Source of the DNA: Patescibacteria group bacterium
GTDB lineage: Bacteria; Patescibacteriota; Patescibacteriia; Magasanikbacterales; GWA2-37-8
Direction: 5' to 3'
Length of the DNA stretch: 64,000 nt
Assembly: GCA_004321885.1 (NCBI GenBank)
Contig: SCQK01000007.1
Span: 128,001-192,000, forward strand
Of the stretch, positions 27,839-37,460 are shown one piece after another (the stretch's first letter is position 1; each line of letters opens with the position of its first letter). Made by a program: the position numbers and the translations under genes. The notes beneath the pieces were generated by a model, which saw only the letters and a list, made by a program, of their open reading frames with translations, was not told the origin of the DNA and made no database searches.

Positions 27839-30013
27839 TTACTCCAAATGCACTGCATTCTCCCACTCTTTAATCTTCGCCGTTAAGGTCGGAAATTTCC
27901 CCAATCTCGGCGCCACTTGCCGCGCCGCCTCGCGCGCTTTTTTTATTATCTCTTTATCCGTCAGCTTGGCCAAACGCAAATTCATAAACCCGCTCTGGGC
28001 CGTGCCATAGACCTCGCCGGGCCCGCGCATTTCCAAATCCTTTTCCGCCAGCTTGAACCCGTCGTTATTTTTTTCAAAAAATCGCAGGCGCTCCAGGGCG
28101 CGCGGCGACTCCTGCTCCACGAACAAAAAACAATATGACTGATGAACCGAACGCCCCACCCGGCCGCGAAATTGGTGTAACTGGGCCAATCCAAACCTCT
28201 CGGCCCCCTCTATCATCATCACGCTGGTGTTTGGAATATCCACACCCACCTCCACCACAGACGTGGAAACCAAAATATCCAACTCGCGCTTCCTGAATTT
28301 TTCCATTGTCCCGTCTTTTTCTTTTGGTTTGAGGCGTCCATGCAAATATCCCACCCGCAAATCCGGAAATATATTTTTTGAAAGTTTTTCAAATTCTGAA
28401 AGCACCGATTTCTTGTCGTCTTTTGGAAATTGGAAATTGGAAATTGGAAATTCTTCGTTGTTTGCCCCAATTAAAGGGCAAACAACGAAGCACTGCCTGC
28501 CTTTTTTTACTTGTTCGCGGATAAAAGTGTACGCCTTGACGCGATTTACCGGCTCCACCAGCCGCGTCAAAATTTTCTTGCGGCCCGGCGGCAATTCGTT
28601 GATAATGGAAACATCCAGGTCGCCGTAAACCATGAGGGCCAGAGAGCGCGGTATCGGCGTGGCGGTCATGCTCAAAAAATGCGCGCCGCCTCCCTTTTCT
28701 TTTATCGTCTTTCTCTGCCCCACCCCGAAACGATGCTGTTCATCCACAATCACCAAACCCAATCTTTCAAACTCCACTCCTTCTGTCAGTAAAGCATGTG
28801 TGCCAATAATAATTTGAATATTATTACTCTTGATCTTTTCCAAAAAATCTTTTTTATTAAATTTTGAAAATTGGTCATTGGTCATTGATTGGAAATTGGA
28901 AATTGGAAATTGGGATTTTGAACCAGTCAATAAGCCCACTTTAACTTTATGCCCAAGAAGATTAACGATTGAATTATAATGTTGCACCGCAAGTATCTCG
29001 GTGGGCGCCATCAGCACGGCTTGGTAGCCATTCAAAGCCGCGTTGTACATGGCCATAGCCGCCACCACGGTCTTGCCCGAACCGACATCGCCCGACAGCA
29101 GGCGATTCATCGGCGTGGTTTTTTGCAAGTCCTGTAAAATTTCCCAGGCCGAAATTTTTTGCGTTTTGGTTAGTGTAAAAGGCAAACTCGCCACAAATTC
29201 CTTGATGGCGTTTTCGTTAAAAGCGAGGGACGGGGCTTTGGCGTCGGCTTTTTCCAGCCGCGACAGTTCGGCTTTAAGCTGAATCAAAAATAACTCATCA
29301 AATTTCAGACGCTCGGTGCTTTTGGCCAAATCAATTTCATCTTTGGGAAAGTGAATACCCTGCAAAGCCGATGATAAAGGCGCTAAATCATACTTGTCTA
29401 AAATTTCATCAGGCAGCCATTCTTGCATTGCGGCCGATAATACAATCACCTGGCTAACCAAAAAACGAATCTGTTTTTGGGTCAGCCCGGCCGTAAGCGG
29501 ATACATCGGCACCAGTCGCGCCGTGTGGGTCGTATACAAACCCTCCCCTTTCAGAGCCTGCCCTGAACTTGTTTCAGGGGGAGGGACAGAGGGTGGGGTA
29601 TTCACTCGCTCATACACCGGCCCAATCATCTGCGCCCCCAACATATCGGTCCGCGCCTTGCCCGACAAAAAAACCTCGTCCCCGGGCCTAAGCGTCTTGC
29701 CAATAAACGGCTGATTAAACCAGACCACGCGCAAACTACCGCTCGCGTCCGAAACCAGCGCTTCGGTGATGTTTTTTCTCTGACGCGGACTGCGCTTGTT
29801 GGCGATGAGCTCAACTTTGGCGCGCACTGTCACCGCCTCCCCGTGTTTCAGGTCGGCGATTTTTACCACGCTCCGAAAATCCTCGTAACGGAAAGGAAAA
29901 TAAAAAAGAAGGTCGGCCGCCGTGGCCACACCCAAACGCTCCAGCCGCTTGGCCGTGGTCTTGCCCACTCGGGAAAGTTGTGAGATTGGGGTGTTTAAGT
30001 TCATAATCAGCAT
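27839..30013 (-). CDS. recG: ATP-dependent DNA helicase RecG
   Basis: Wedge domain; DVGSGKT Walker A; DEQHRFG; helicase C motifs. It carries in-frame insertions of family B (28424-28454, 28866-28916) and a nested A/D repeat (29537-29607). Confidence 0.92.
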   Translation of the reverse strand: MLIMNLNTPISQLSRVGKTTAKRLERLGVATAADLLFYFPFRYEDFRSVVKIADLKHGEAVTVRAKVELIANKRSPRQRKNITEALVSDASGSLRVVWFNQPFIGKTLRPGDEVFLSGKARTDMLGAQMIGPVYERVNTPPSVPPPETSSGQALKGEGLYTTHTARLVPMYPLTAGLTQKQIRFLVSQVIVLSAAMQEWLPDEILDKYDLAPLSSALQGIHFPKDEIDLAKSTERLKFDELFLIQLKAELSRLEKADAKAPSLAFNENAIKEFVASLPFTLTKTQKISAWEILQDLQKTTPMNRLLSGDVGSGKTVVAAMAMYNAALNGYQAVLMAPTEILAVQHYNSIVNLLGHKVKVGLLTGSKSQFPISNFQSMTNDQFSKFNKKDFLEKIKSNNIQIIIGTHALLTEGVEFERLGLVIVDEQHRFGVGQRKTIKEKGGGAHFLSMTATPIPRSLALMVYGDLDVSIINELPPGRKKILTRLVEPVNRVKAYTFIREQVKKGRQCFVVCPLIGANNEEFPISNFQFPKDDKKSVLSEFEKLSKNIFPDLRVGYLHGRLKPKEKDGTMEKFRKRELDILVSTSVVEVGVDIPNTSVMMIEGAERFGLAQLHQFRGRVGRSVHQSYCFLFVEQESPRALERLRFFEKNNDGFKLAEKDLEMRGPGEVYGTAQSGFMNLRLAKLTDKEIIKKAREAARQVAPRLGKFPTLTAKIKEWENAVHLE
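28424..28454. repeat. family B (GGAAATT)4 array in-frame in recG (encodes EFPISNFQFP)
   Basis: ttggaaattggaaattggaaattggaaattc. Confidence 0.85.
28866..28916. repeat. family B heptamer array with TTGGTCA variants, in-frame in recG (encodes SQFPISNFQSMTNDQFS)
   Basis: gaaaattggtcattggtcattgattggaaattggaaattggaaattggga. Confidence 0.85.
29537..29607. repeat. family A hairpin carrying a nested family D hairpin (29553-29580) in its loop, all in-frame within recG
   Basis: caaaccctcccctttcaGAGCCTGCCCTGAACTTGTTTCAGGgggagggacagagggtggggtattc. Confidence 0.75.
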
Positions 30014-30057
30014 TATACCAAAACCGGCCGCCTTTGGCGACCGGTCTTCATTGATTA

Positions 30058-31461
30058 TTATTCATTGTCCTCTGCTATTCCTTTTCTTGCTCTCTCTCGT
30101 TCTTCTCTGGCGGCTTTTGACGAAAATGGTTTATGTGTAACTATATCTATCCCTCCTGCTCCTTTTGCAACATGACTTTCAATTTTTTTGTATGGCTTGG
30201 GTGTTTTTGGTTTATCAATCACAGGCGCCGCATATTGCTCCATCACAAACGGTTTCTTTTCCGGCGGTATAAATACTTGCGCCCGCGGACGCTTATTCCT
30301 GAATATTGTTTTTGTTTTGTCTACTACTACATCTGTTTCATCTACTACTACATCCTTTTCACTTATCGCTTCTTCTTCGCCCGCCTGAAATTCGGCTATC
30401 TCGTGCGCCGCACGCTTTTTCGCCTGATAATTCGCCGCTTCCTGCGCCCCGACAGCGCTCATCGCCAATCCGGCCGCGGCCACGCCAGTAGCCAGCTTGC
30501 CTATTTTTCTTCCAACTTTTTTACCCAGGTCCGGTACTGTCTTATCCGGCGCCACCTCCCGAGCTCGCTCCGTCTGTGGAATATCCTCTATCCTCTTCTC
30601 TGTCTTTTGTGCAGACAATAACTCTTCTTGTATCTGTAGTTCCAGATTAACTATGTCAGCCTTAAGTTGGGCTTTTTGTGCGCGCTTTTCTTTGCTGAAT
30701 ATGGAAAACACGCCAAACCTCGCCAGCTCCGCTTTCTTGGCCGCGATTTGCGCCGACAATTTATCCATCACGTCGCCCTGTTTAAACCATTTCTTGTCCT
30801 CATACGAAAAATCATCTTCCAACAAATTTTCATCAATACTCGTCGGCGCGCCATTAGCCTCTTGGTGGACAGCCGCCCACTCCTCCATATCTTTCGCTTT
30901 CACGAATGTTTCTTTCGGCTTTTTGTATATCGCCTTGCCAACTGTTTTCAGCTCTTTTGTTCCTGCCCTATATTCCGCTATTTTATCCTTAAATTCATCC
31001 AATTTTTTCCCTAATTCATCCACTTCCTTCTTGGTTGCTACAACATCAAAAAATTTTTCCAAAATTTTAACATCTAAATCAAACTCTTTCTTTTCTTCTT
31101 TTGACAAACCGCTTTTTGCTTCAACAAATTCATTTCTTGCTCTATCTAATTCTCGCTTTCTATGTGTTTCTTCCAAGACACCTCTTCCAATCAGTTCCTC
31201 AACTTCTTCATCTTCGCTAACAATATCTGTGTCCTTTATTCCTTTTTCCCTGGCCCATGGGACGCGTTGTTCTTGAGTAGACGGCGGTAACTCTCTACTT
31301 TCTTGAACTTCAAACATATCCCCTTCGTCTAATTCAATGTCGTTATCTTCGGTTGGAACGGGTGGCATTTTCGCTCGTTTTTTATCCGCTATCAAACGCC
31401 CTAATTCTTCGGAGCTTAATCTGCGGGCTAAGCCGCCTTCGCCTCTTCTTGGCATATACAA
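30058..31461 (-). CDS. hypothetical charged/coiled-coil protein with a central TM segment
   Basis: Glu/Lys-rich; LATGVAAAGLAMSAVGA helix; no family recognised. Confidence 0.45.
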   Translation of the reverse strand: MYMPRRGEGGLARRLSSEELGRLIADKKRAKMPPVPTEDNDIELDEGDMFEVQESRELPPSTQEQRVPWAREKGIKDTDIVSEDEEVEELIGRGVLEETHRKRELDRARNEFVEAKSGLSKEEKKEFDLDVKILEKFFDVVATKKEVDELGKKLDEFKDKIAEYRAGTKELKTVGKAIYKKPKETFVKAKDMEEWAAVHQEANGAPTSIDENLLEDDFSYEDKKWFKQGDVMDKLSAQIAAKKAELARFGVFSIFSKEKRAQKAQLKADIVNLELQIQEELLSAQKTEKRIEDIPQTERAREVAPDKTVPDLGKKVGRKIGKLATGVAAAGLAMSAVGAQEAANYQAKKRAAHEIAEFQAGEEEAISEKDVVVDETDVVVDKTKTIFRNKRPRAQVFIPPEKKPFVMEQYAAPVIDKPKTPKPYKKIESHVAKGAGGIDIVTHKPFSSKAAREERERARKGIAEDNE

Positions 31462-31524
31462 AATGGTTAATTGTTTTTAATGTCTGCTCTCTTTTTAATA
31501 TTATACACCAAATCCAAACGTCAA

Positions 31525-33708
31525 TCAATCCTTCTTTATCTCCAGCACAAGCGGCTCGGACAGGTTGCGATAGCCGCCGCTGTTGTATAGCTGCAAATCC
31601 GGAAATTTTATTTTAGCGCCATTTTCGCTCAACTCGTAGAGCACGCCCTTGGCGGCGGTTTCCAGAGCGACCGCGCCCGCGGACACGTTCGCGGTCTTGC
31701 CGGAAAGCAAATTCTTGGCGCTCCAGCCGGCCGTGCTGAATTGACCCGCTGTCATCTTCACCGCGAAAGTCCCGTCTTTCAAAACACCGGCCCCGCCCAA
31801 ATCAAACTCCAATTCGTGGTCGTAATTAAAATCCATGGCGCTGACAGCCGCCTGCCCGGCAATATATTGGGGCGGAAATTTTTCCCGGTACTTCACTTTT
31901 ACTTTCCACTTGCCCAGATACGGATACTTGGCGCCCTTGGCGGCGGGCCCGGTCATTTCCCCATCAGCGGCAAAATCAAGCGCGCCTTTGTAATTGGCCG
32001 ACAGGGAAAAAAGCGGGGTGATGACGAGCGTCTTGTTGGCGCTGATGCCGAAACAGCTCGGCCGGTTGTCCACCACCAGCCGGGTTATGCTGGTTTTCTT
32101 GCTTTGCTCGCCGTTGCTGAAAATCAAAACCACTCTTTCAAAATTTTCTTTGGCAATTTCCAGGCAAAAAGCCCGGCTCTCTTTATTTGTCCAATCCTCT
32201 ATATACGGCGGCTCGGATTTGGCTTTGGGAAAAATCACCGCCTTAACGCCGGCCTTGTCCAACTGGCCAGAAAATTTTTTCAAGTCGCCAAAAATGACTT
32301 TTTTAATTTTCTTGCCTTCGTCCGCCACCGAGACCTCGGCCACCTGCGCGGTCAGGGCGGCCACCGGGTCCTGCCATAAAATAAAAGCGCCCAATTCGGA
32401 ATAAAGATGCATTTTCGCGTTCGCGCCTTCATCAGACGAGCGCTTGGGAAAAACCCCGCTTTGGTCTTTATAAAAATTCACCGGCGCGCGGTTGTAATTC
32501 CACAACGTAAATTCTTTCCAGTTCGCTTTCAGGCCGCCGGCGATGGTTTTGTCGGCCGCTTCCAGCGCCGAGGCGCTTCTGGCCGCGTCAAAAATTTTCT
32601 TGATAATGCCTACGCCGTATTTTTGCGACAGATAAAACGGAAAAACATAAGCGCCGTATTCGTGATTCTGGCCGTCTTTGTACAAAGCGACTTCAGGTTT
32701 GGGAATAAAAGTGCCGCTGTATTCCTGTTCAGTATTTAATTTTGGGTAAATAAAATCCTCGGCCCAGACAGCCGTGCCCTCTATCCACCACCAATTTTTA
32801 GCCGAAAACGCCGAACCAAAAGCGTGCTGGAAAGTATGAAACAACTCATGGACTGTCGTGCCTTTGAGCATGGCGTCGCTTAAATTGTCGCGCACGATGA
32901 CAAAACTGCTTTTGTTGTTCGGGTCCGGCACGTTCACGCCATAGGTGGAGCCGCTTTTGGATTTTACCCACTTGCTCGTGCCGGCCACCACATAGATGTC
33001 GGTCTTATTGTCTCCGCCCAAAGCGCCGTCGGGCGGCGGCTCCACGCCGAGCAAATCCTTGAAGCGGGTGTAGGCCTTGTCGGCGTTCAGGTTGGCGGCA
33101 ATTTTTTTAGCCGTGTTGTCAAAGAGCGCTTGCTTCACCTGTTTGCCGTCTTCCATTACGGTAATTTCCGGATGCCAAATTTTAATTTTGCCGTCGGCGG
33201 TAACCAGAGCGCCCTTAAAACTTAGCGGCCGGTCATAGGCCAGGGCGGCTTCCGCGAAACGGAAAAACTCCGGCTGGCGAGCGCGCTCCATGGCCAGTTT
33301 TTGCTCTTGACGGTTGATAAAACTATCCGGGTCATCCGGGCGTTTGAAATACGGCGCCAAAATGGCTTTCGTTTTGTCCGATAGCTGGCCGTAGTTTTCC
33401 ATGAGCCGAACAAACACCCCCGCGTCTTCAAACACCAGCTGGCCGCTCCAATATTTTTCCGGCAGTTTCTCGTCATCTCCGAAAAGAAATTGTACTTTAT
33501 ATATTAAAGCCGTCTCAAAATCAATTTTTCTATCCGTCAAGTCCTGTTCTATCATGTCCAGGCCGGTCGGGCCGGTGGCCAGCCGCGACTCTTTGGACGC
33601 CGGTACTAATTTGAGCCGCCAAAAAGCGGACAACAAAAAAGCCGCCAGGGCAATCAAAACACCGGCGGCTTGCAAAATAGTTTTCTTTTGTGGAAACGCG
33701 ATGGTCAT
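31525..33708 (-). CDS. membrane-anchored zincin-like metalloprotease (HExxH)
   Basis: N-terminal TM; TTVHELFHTFQHAFG motif. Start taken at the third codon to avoid the adjacent tRNA. Confidence 0.55.
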   Translation of the reverse strand: MTIAFPQKKTILQAAGVLIALAAFLLSAFWRLKLVPASKESRLATGPTGLDMIEQDLTDRKIDFETALIYKVQFLFGDDEKLPEKYWSGQLVFEDAGVFVRLMENYGQLSDKTKAILAPYFKRPDDPDSFINRQEQKLAMERARQPEFFRFAEAALAYDRPLSFKGALVTADGKIKIWHPEITVMEDGKQVKQALFDNTAKKIAANLNADKAYTRFKDLLGVEPPPDGALGGDNKTDIYVVAGTSKWVKSKSGSTYGVNVPDPNNKSSFVIVRDNLSDAMLKGTTVHELFHTFQHAFGSAFSAKNWWWIEGTAVWAEDFIYPKLNTEQEYSGTFIPKPEVALYKDGQNHEYGAYVFPFYLSQKYGVGIIKKIFDAARSASALEAADKTIAGGLKANWKEFTLWNYNRAPVNFYKDQSGVFPKRSSDEGANAKMHLYSELGAFILWQDPVAALTAQVAEVSVADEGKKIKKVIFGDLKKFSGQLDKAGVKAVIFPKAKSEPPYIEDWTNKESRAFCLEIAKENFERVVLIFSNGEQSKKTSITRLVVDNRPSCFGISANKTLVITPLFSLSANYKGALDFAADGEMTGPAAKGAKYPYLGKWKVKVKYREKFPPQYIAGQAAVSAMDFNYDHELEFDLGGAGVLKDGTFAVKMTAGQFSTAGWSAKNLLSGKTANVSAGAVALETAAKGVLYELSENGAKIKFPDLQLYNSGGYRNLSEPLVLEIKKD

Positions 33709-33709
33709 G

Positions 33710-33781
33710 TGCACCCGCCAGGAGTCGAACCTGGATTTCCGGCTTCGCAGGCCAGTGTCCTATCCATTGAACGACGGGTGC
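33710..33781 (-). tRNA. tRNA-Arg, anticodon read as GCG
   Basis: Reverse complement GCACCCG-TC-GTTC-AATGGATAG-GACA-CTGGC-CTGCGAA-GCCGG-AAAT-CCAGG-TTCGACT-CCTGG-CGGGTGC-A. Confidence 0.8.
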
Positions 33782-33788
33782 ATGACTA

Positions 33789-33819
33789 GATTCCCCCGTA
33801 CTTAGTCGGGGGAATGACA
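33789..33819. repeat. family C hairpin (AGATTCCCCCGTACTTAGTCGGGGGAATGACA) downstream of the tRNA
   Basis: Identical core to 4512 and 26832. Confidence 0.85.
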
Positions 33820-33837
33820 ATTTTTTGGGTGCGTTTT

Positions 33838-34344
33838 TTAGTGTAGCTTGAACACTCTTCCCAATTTGTCGCTAAGCGGCTCTTCTTCCTGTTCTAAATC
33901 TTCCTGCAAAAACTGGTTCAAAAAATCGCGAATCGGCCTGGGGTCGTTATCCAACAGCGGCACTTGCAGGCGATGCCTAATCAAACTGCTTAACGAAAAA
34001 TATAAATTCTTCACCTCGGGCGGATTGTAAATAATCCAAAAACTCTTCAACTCGCTGTAGCGATAAAACTTGCACCCCAGCACAATGCCCACTTCGGTAA
34101 TCGCAAAATTCACCTGCAAAGGGGTCTGCAAACTCTGCATGTATAAAATGATGCCAAAAAGAGCGATGATGAGCGTAAAAATATAATTGGCGGTCCACAA
34201 GGAATAAACTAAAAGTAGCGCGGCCACTGCGCCCATCAGCCAATACCAGCGCTTGTCTCTTTCGTGCTCTTCGTATTCTTTTACCGACCATTGATAAACC
34301 ACGCGGCCGATGTTCACGTCTTCTTTTAGCAAATTGTTGGGCAT
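33838..34344 (-). CDS. hypothetical membrane protein (2 TM)
   Basis: Start set at MPNNLLKEDV to avoid overlapping the repeat and tRNA-Val. Confidence 0.5.
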   Translation of the reverse strand: MPNNLLKEDVNIGRVVYQWSVKEYEEHERDKRWYWLMGAVAALLLVYSLWTANYIFTLIIALFGIILYMQSLQTPLQVNFAITEVGIVLGCKFYRYSELKSFWIIYNPPEVKNLYFSLSSLIRHRLQVPLLDNDPRPIRDFLNQFLQEDLEQEEEPLSDKLGRVFKLH

Positions 34345-34357
34345 AATTTTTATTTTA

Positions 34358-34383
34358 GATTCCGGATCAAGTCCGGAATGACA
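34358..34383. repeat. family C hairpin AGATTCCGGATCAAGTCCGGAATGACA
   Basis: Perfect hairpin with an ATGACA terminus. Confidence 0.8.
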
Positions 34384-34386
34384 GCG

Positions 34387-34460
34387 TGCACGCATCTGGA
34401 CTCGGACCAGAGACCTCTGTCGTGTGAGGACAGCGCTCTAACCAACTGAGCTATGCGTGC
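34387..34460 (-). tRNA. tRNA-Val (anticodon CAC)
   Basis: Reverse complement GCACGCA-TA-GCTC-AGTTGGTTA-GAGC-G-CTGTC-CTCACAC-GACAG-AGGTC-TCTGG-TCCGAGT-CCAGA-TGCGTGC-A. Confidence 0.85.
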
Positions 34461-34543
34461 CAGTTTAACCAATCTTATCACAAATTCCAATAGAAATCAA
34501 GCCTGCCTGCCGCAAGACAGGCATTGAAAAGCAAATAAAATAG

Positions 34544-34552
34544 TGATACAAT
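34544..34552 (+). promoter_or_regulatory. extended -10 element TGATACAAT upstream of the LCP gene
   Basis: TGnTACAAT is 21 nt upstream of the ATG at 34573. Confidence 0.35.
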
Positions 34553-34572
34553 GCGTATTACTTATCCCTCCC

Positions 34573-36093
34573 ATGATTAAAGATACTCAAGACGAAAACG
34601 CGGATGAGAACTACGTTGGCCCTGAATTCAAACCCAACCTGCTCTCGCCCCAGGACTTAAAACCAATCGCGGCCGCGGCCCGACCCAAGCCCTGGCTCTT
34701 TTATATTATAGCCATTTTGCTTCTGGCATTTATCGTCAATTACAGCGTCAAATTTTATACCCTAATAAAATGGTCGCGCGGCCAAACCAACGTGGACCCG
34801 GTCACATTAAAGCCCCGCAAAACCGGTTTGTTTGAAACCATCAGAAATTTTTTTGACAGCACGCCCGACATGACCGGCGGAACGGAAAGAATCAATATAC
34901 TCCTTTTGGGCATCGGCGGCCCGGGCCACGACGGCGCCTATCTTAGCGACACCAACATTATTTTAAGCGTCAAGCCGGCTGAAAAAAAAGCCGCGCTTAT
35001 TTCCATTCCCCGCGACCTGACGGTAAAAATGGACGGCTATGGCTACAGAAAAATAAACGAGGCCAACGCCTACGGCGAAATAAAACAAACCGGCGCCGGC
35101 GGCGAATACGCGCGCCAAATTTTTGAACAGACTTTCGGCATGACCATTCCCTACTACGCGCGCGTGGATTTTCAAGCCTTTGTGGATTTGGTGGACGCGG
35201 TGGGAGGCGTGGATGTAAACGTTCCCCGCGCTTTCACGGATTATTCATACCCGGGGCCGAATTATTCCTACCAAACCATCTCTTTCGCGGACGGCTGGCA
35301 GCACCTGGACGGCGCCCGCGCTCTTGTTTACGCGCGCTCGCGCCACGGCAGTAATGGCGAGGGTTCGGATTTCGCGCGCGCTCGCCGACAGCAAACGGCA
35401 ATTTCCGCCCTGAAAGAAAAATTCTTGTCCGCCGGCACCCTGCTCAACCCGGTTCGCCTGCAAAAAATTATTGACTCGCTCACGACCCACATCTCCACCA
35501 ATTTAAGCTTCGCGCAAATCAAATACCTGGCCGACTTGTCCAAAGAAATCGGCGACGACAGCGTGAAGACCCTGGTCCTGGACGACAGCCCGGGCGGATT
35601 TTTGGGCACCACCATTTCCGAGGAAGGCGCCTTTCTGCTGGTGCCCCGGACTGGAAATTTTACCGCCATCAACAGCGCCATTTGGAATGTCTTTGAAAGC
35701 ACGAGCACGGCCAGACTGGCCAGCGAGACGCGCGCTGCTTCGGCCGCGGCCAAGCCCTTATTTCTCATGGTCAAGGTGGAAATCCAAAACGGCACCTGGC
35801 GCGCAGGCTATGCCGCCAAAATTAAGCAGGAGCTCGCGGACAAGGGTTATAACATTTCCGGAATCGGCAACAGCGTCAAAAGACCGGTGGCGACCTCTAC
35901 TATATATATATTAAACAAAAAGGCCGACAAAAAAACCATCAGCGACCTGGCTAATACTATGAATTTGCCAGTCACGGTAATTTTGCCCGAATGGCTGGCC
36001 TACTCTTATGACGACCCAGCCACCTCTGCTAGTGAAGCGGGCGCCAAGTACCGCGCGGACACGGATATATTGATAGTGCTGGGAGAACAATAA
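34573..36093 (+). CDS. LytR-CpsA-Psr (LCP) family cell-envelope protein
   Basis: N-terminal TM; LISIPRDLTV...GYRKINEANAYG LCP core. The track ORF begins at a GTG at 34543; the ATG at 34573 is preferred. Confidence 0.85.
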   Translation: MIKDTQDENADENYVGPEFKPNLLSPQDLKPIAAAARPKPWLFYIIAILLLAFIVNYSVKFYTLIKWSRGQTNVDPVTLKPRKTGLFETIRNFFDSTPDMTGGTERINILLLGIGGPGHDGAYLSDTNIILSVKPAEKKAALISIPRDLTVKMDGYGYRKINEANAYGEIKQTGAGGEYARQIFEQTFGMTIPYYARVDFQAFVDLVDAVGGVDVNVPRAFTDYSYPGPNYSYQTISFADGWQHLDGARALVYARSRHGSNGEGSDFARARRQQTAISALKEKFLSAGTLLNPVRLQKIIDSLTTHISTNLSFAQIKYLADLSKEIGDDSVKTLVLDDSPGGFLGTTISEEGAFLLVPRTGNFTAINSAIWNVFESTSTARLASETRAASAAAKPLFLMVKVEIQNGTWRAGYAAKIKQELADKGYNISGIGNSVKRPVATSTIYILNKKADKKTISDLANTMNLPVTVILPEWLAYSYDDPATSASEAGAKYRADTDILIVLGEQ

Positions 36094-36094
36094 T

Positions 36095-37459
36095 ATGGCC
36101 ACGCCCGCGAAAATTATAGAAGAAAACTTGCCGACCGTGGCCTTGGTAGGCCGCGTTAACGTGGGCAAATCCACCCTGTTCAACAAGCTCATCGGCCAAA
36201 ACCGCGCCCTGGTTTCCAAAATTCCGGGCACCACGCGCACGCCCAATACGGGTAAAGTTTTTTGGCGCGGCCAAAATTTCCGACTGATAGACACGGGCGG
36301 GCTCACCTTTTCCGATGATGTGCCGTTGGAAAAAGAAATTATCGCCCAAACCGAAATGGCGCTCGCCAAAGCCGATGCCGTGATTTTTTTGACTGATATT
36401 CAAACCGGCCTTTTGCCCCAAGAACGCGAGCTGGCGCGCCGCCTGATAAAAAACAAGGAACGGGTGCTGTTTACGGCCAACAAGGCCGACAACGAACGCC
36501 TGCGCTTATTGGCTCATGAAAAAGACTGGCTGAAACTCGGTTTGGGAGCGCCCTTGCCCATTTCCGCGGCCAGCGGGGCCAATGTGGGCGAACTGCTGGA
36601 GCGCGTCTTTGCCAAATTGGGCAAACTGAAAAAGCGGCCGAAAAAAATAAAAGAAATTGCGGCGATAAAAGTGGCGATTGTGGGCCGGCCCAATGTGGGC
36701 AAGTCGTCTTTGTTTAATAATTTAATCGGCGCCCAATCCGCCATTGTCAGCGACATGCCCCACACCACGCGCGAACCGCTGGATACTTTGGTCAATTTTG
36801 AAAGCCATCCCATTGTTTTTGTGGACACGGCCGGCATCAGGCGCAAGGCCAAAGTGGCCGGGGAATTGGAACGCGAGGGCATTGCCAAAAGCATACAAAT
36901 GATACAAAAATCCGATATTGTGCTTTTGGTGCTGGACACGGGCGAGCCCCTTTCCTCGCAAGACCAGCAGCTGGGCGGACTCTTGCGCGAAAACACCAAG
37001 AGCGTGATTATTGTTTTAAACAAATGGGACCTGGCCGAAAGCAACGAGGACTCGTTTAGAAACGAGGTGAAAAAAAGAATTTACGGCGCGTTCCCACATT
37101 TGGATTTCGCGCCGATTGTTTTTACCAGCGCCAAAACCCAGTACCGCGTGCACCAAATTTTTCCTCTTATCTTGCGCGCCTGGGACGAAAGGCATACAAT
37201 TATTCCCGAAGAGAAATTGGACGAATTCTGGAAAAAAGTGAGCCGCGAGCACCGGCCGGCGCGAGGCAAGGGCACCAGGCATCCCAAAATTTTGGGCTTC
37301 TGCCAGTTGCGCGCCAGCCCGCCTATGTTTGAAATGCAAATCAAGGCCAAGACGTCTTTGCATTTTTCTTATGTGCGCTATATTGAAAACCGCTTGCGCG
37401 AACATTTTGGTTTTTTCGCCACGCCGATTGTGATAAAACTAACAAAGGTGAAGAGATAG
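36095..37459 (+). CDS. der: ribosome-biogenesis GTPase Der (EngA)
   Basis: Two GTPase domains (GRVNVGKST and GRPNVGKSS) and a KH-like C-terminus. Confidence 0.92.
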   Translation: MATPAKIIEENLPTVALVGRVNVGKSTLFNKLIGQNRALVSKIPGTTRTPNTGKVFWRGQNFRLIDTGGLTFSDDVPLEKEIIAQTEMALAKADAVIFLTDIQTGLLPQERELARRLIKNKERVLFTANKADNERLRLLAHEKDWLKLGLGAPLPISAASGANVGELLERVFAKLGKLKKRPKKIKEIAAIKVAIVGRPNVGKSSLFNNLIGAQSAIVSDMPHTTREPLDTLVNFESHPIVFVDTAGIRRKAKVAGELEREGIAKSIQMIQKSDIVLLVLDTGEPLSSQDQQLGGLLRENTKSVIIVLNKWDLAESNEDSFRNEVKKRIYGAFPHLDFAPIVFTSAKTQYRVHQIFPLILRAWDERHTIIPEEKLDEFWKKVSREHRPARGKGTRHPKILGFCQLRASPPMFEMQIKAKTSLHFSYVRYIENRLREHFGFFATPIVIKLTKVKR

Positions 37460-37460
37460 C

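Noticed and set aside
30497-31276. 259-aa plus-strand ORF
   Set aside because: Lies antisense to the 30058-31461 low-complexity gene; its Ser-rich translation mirrors the Glu/Lys-rich sense strand.
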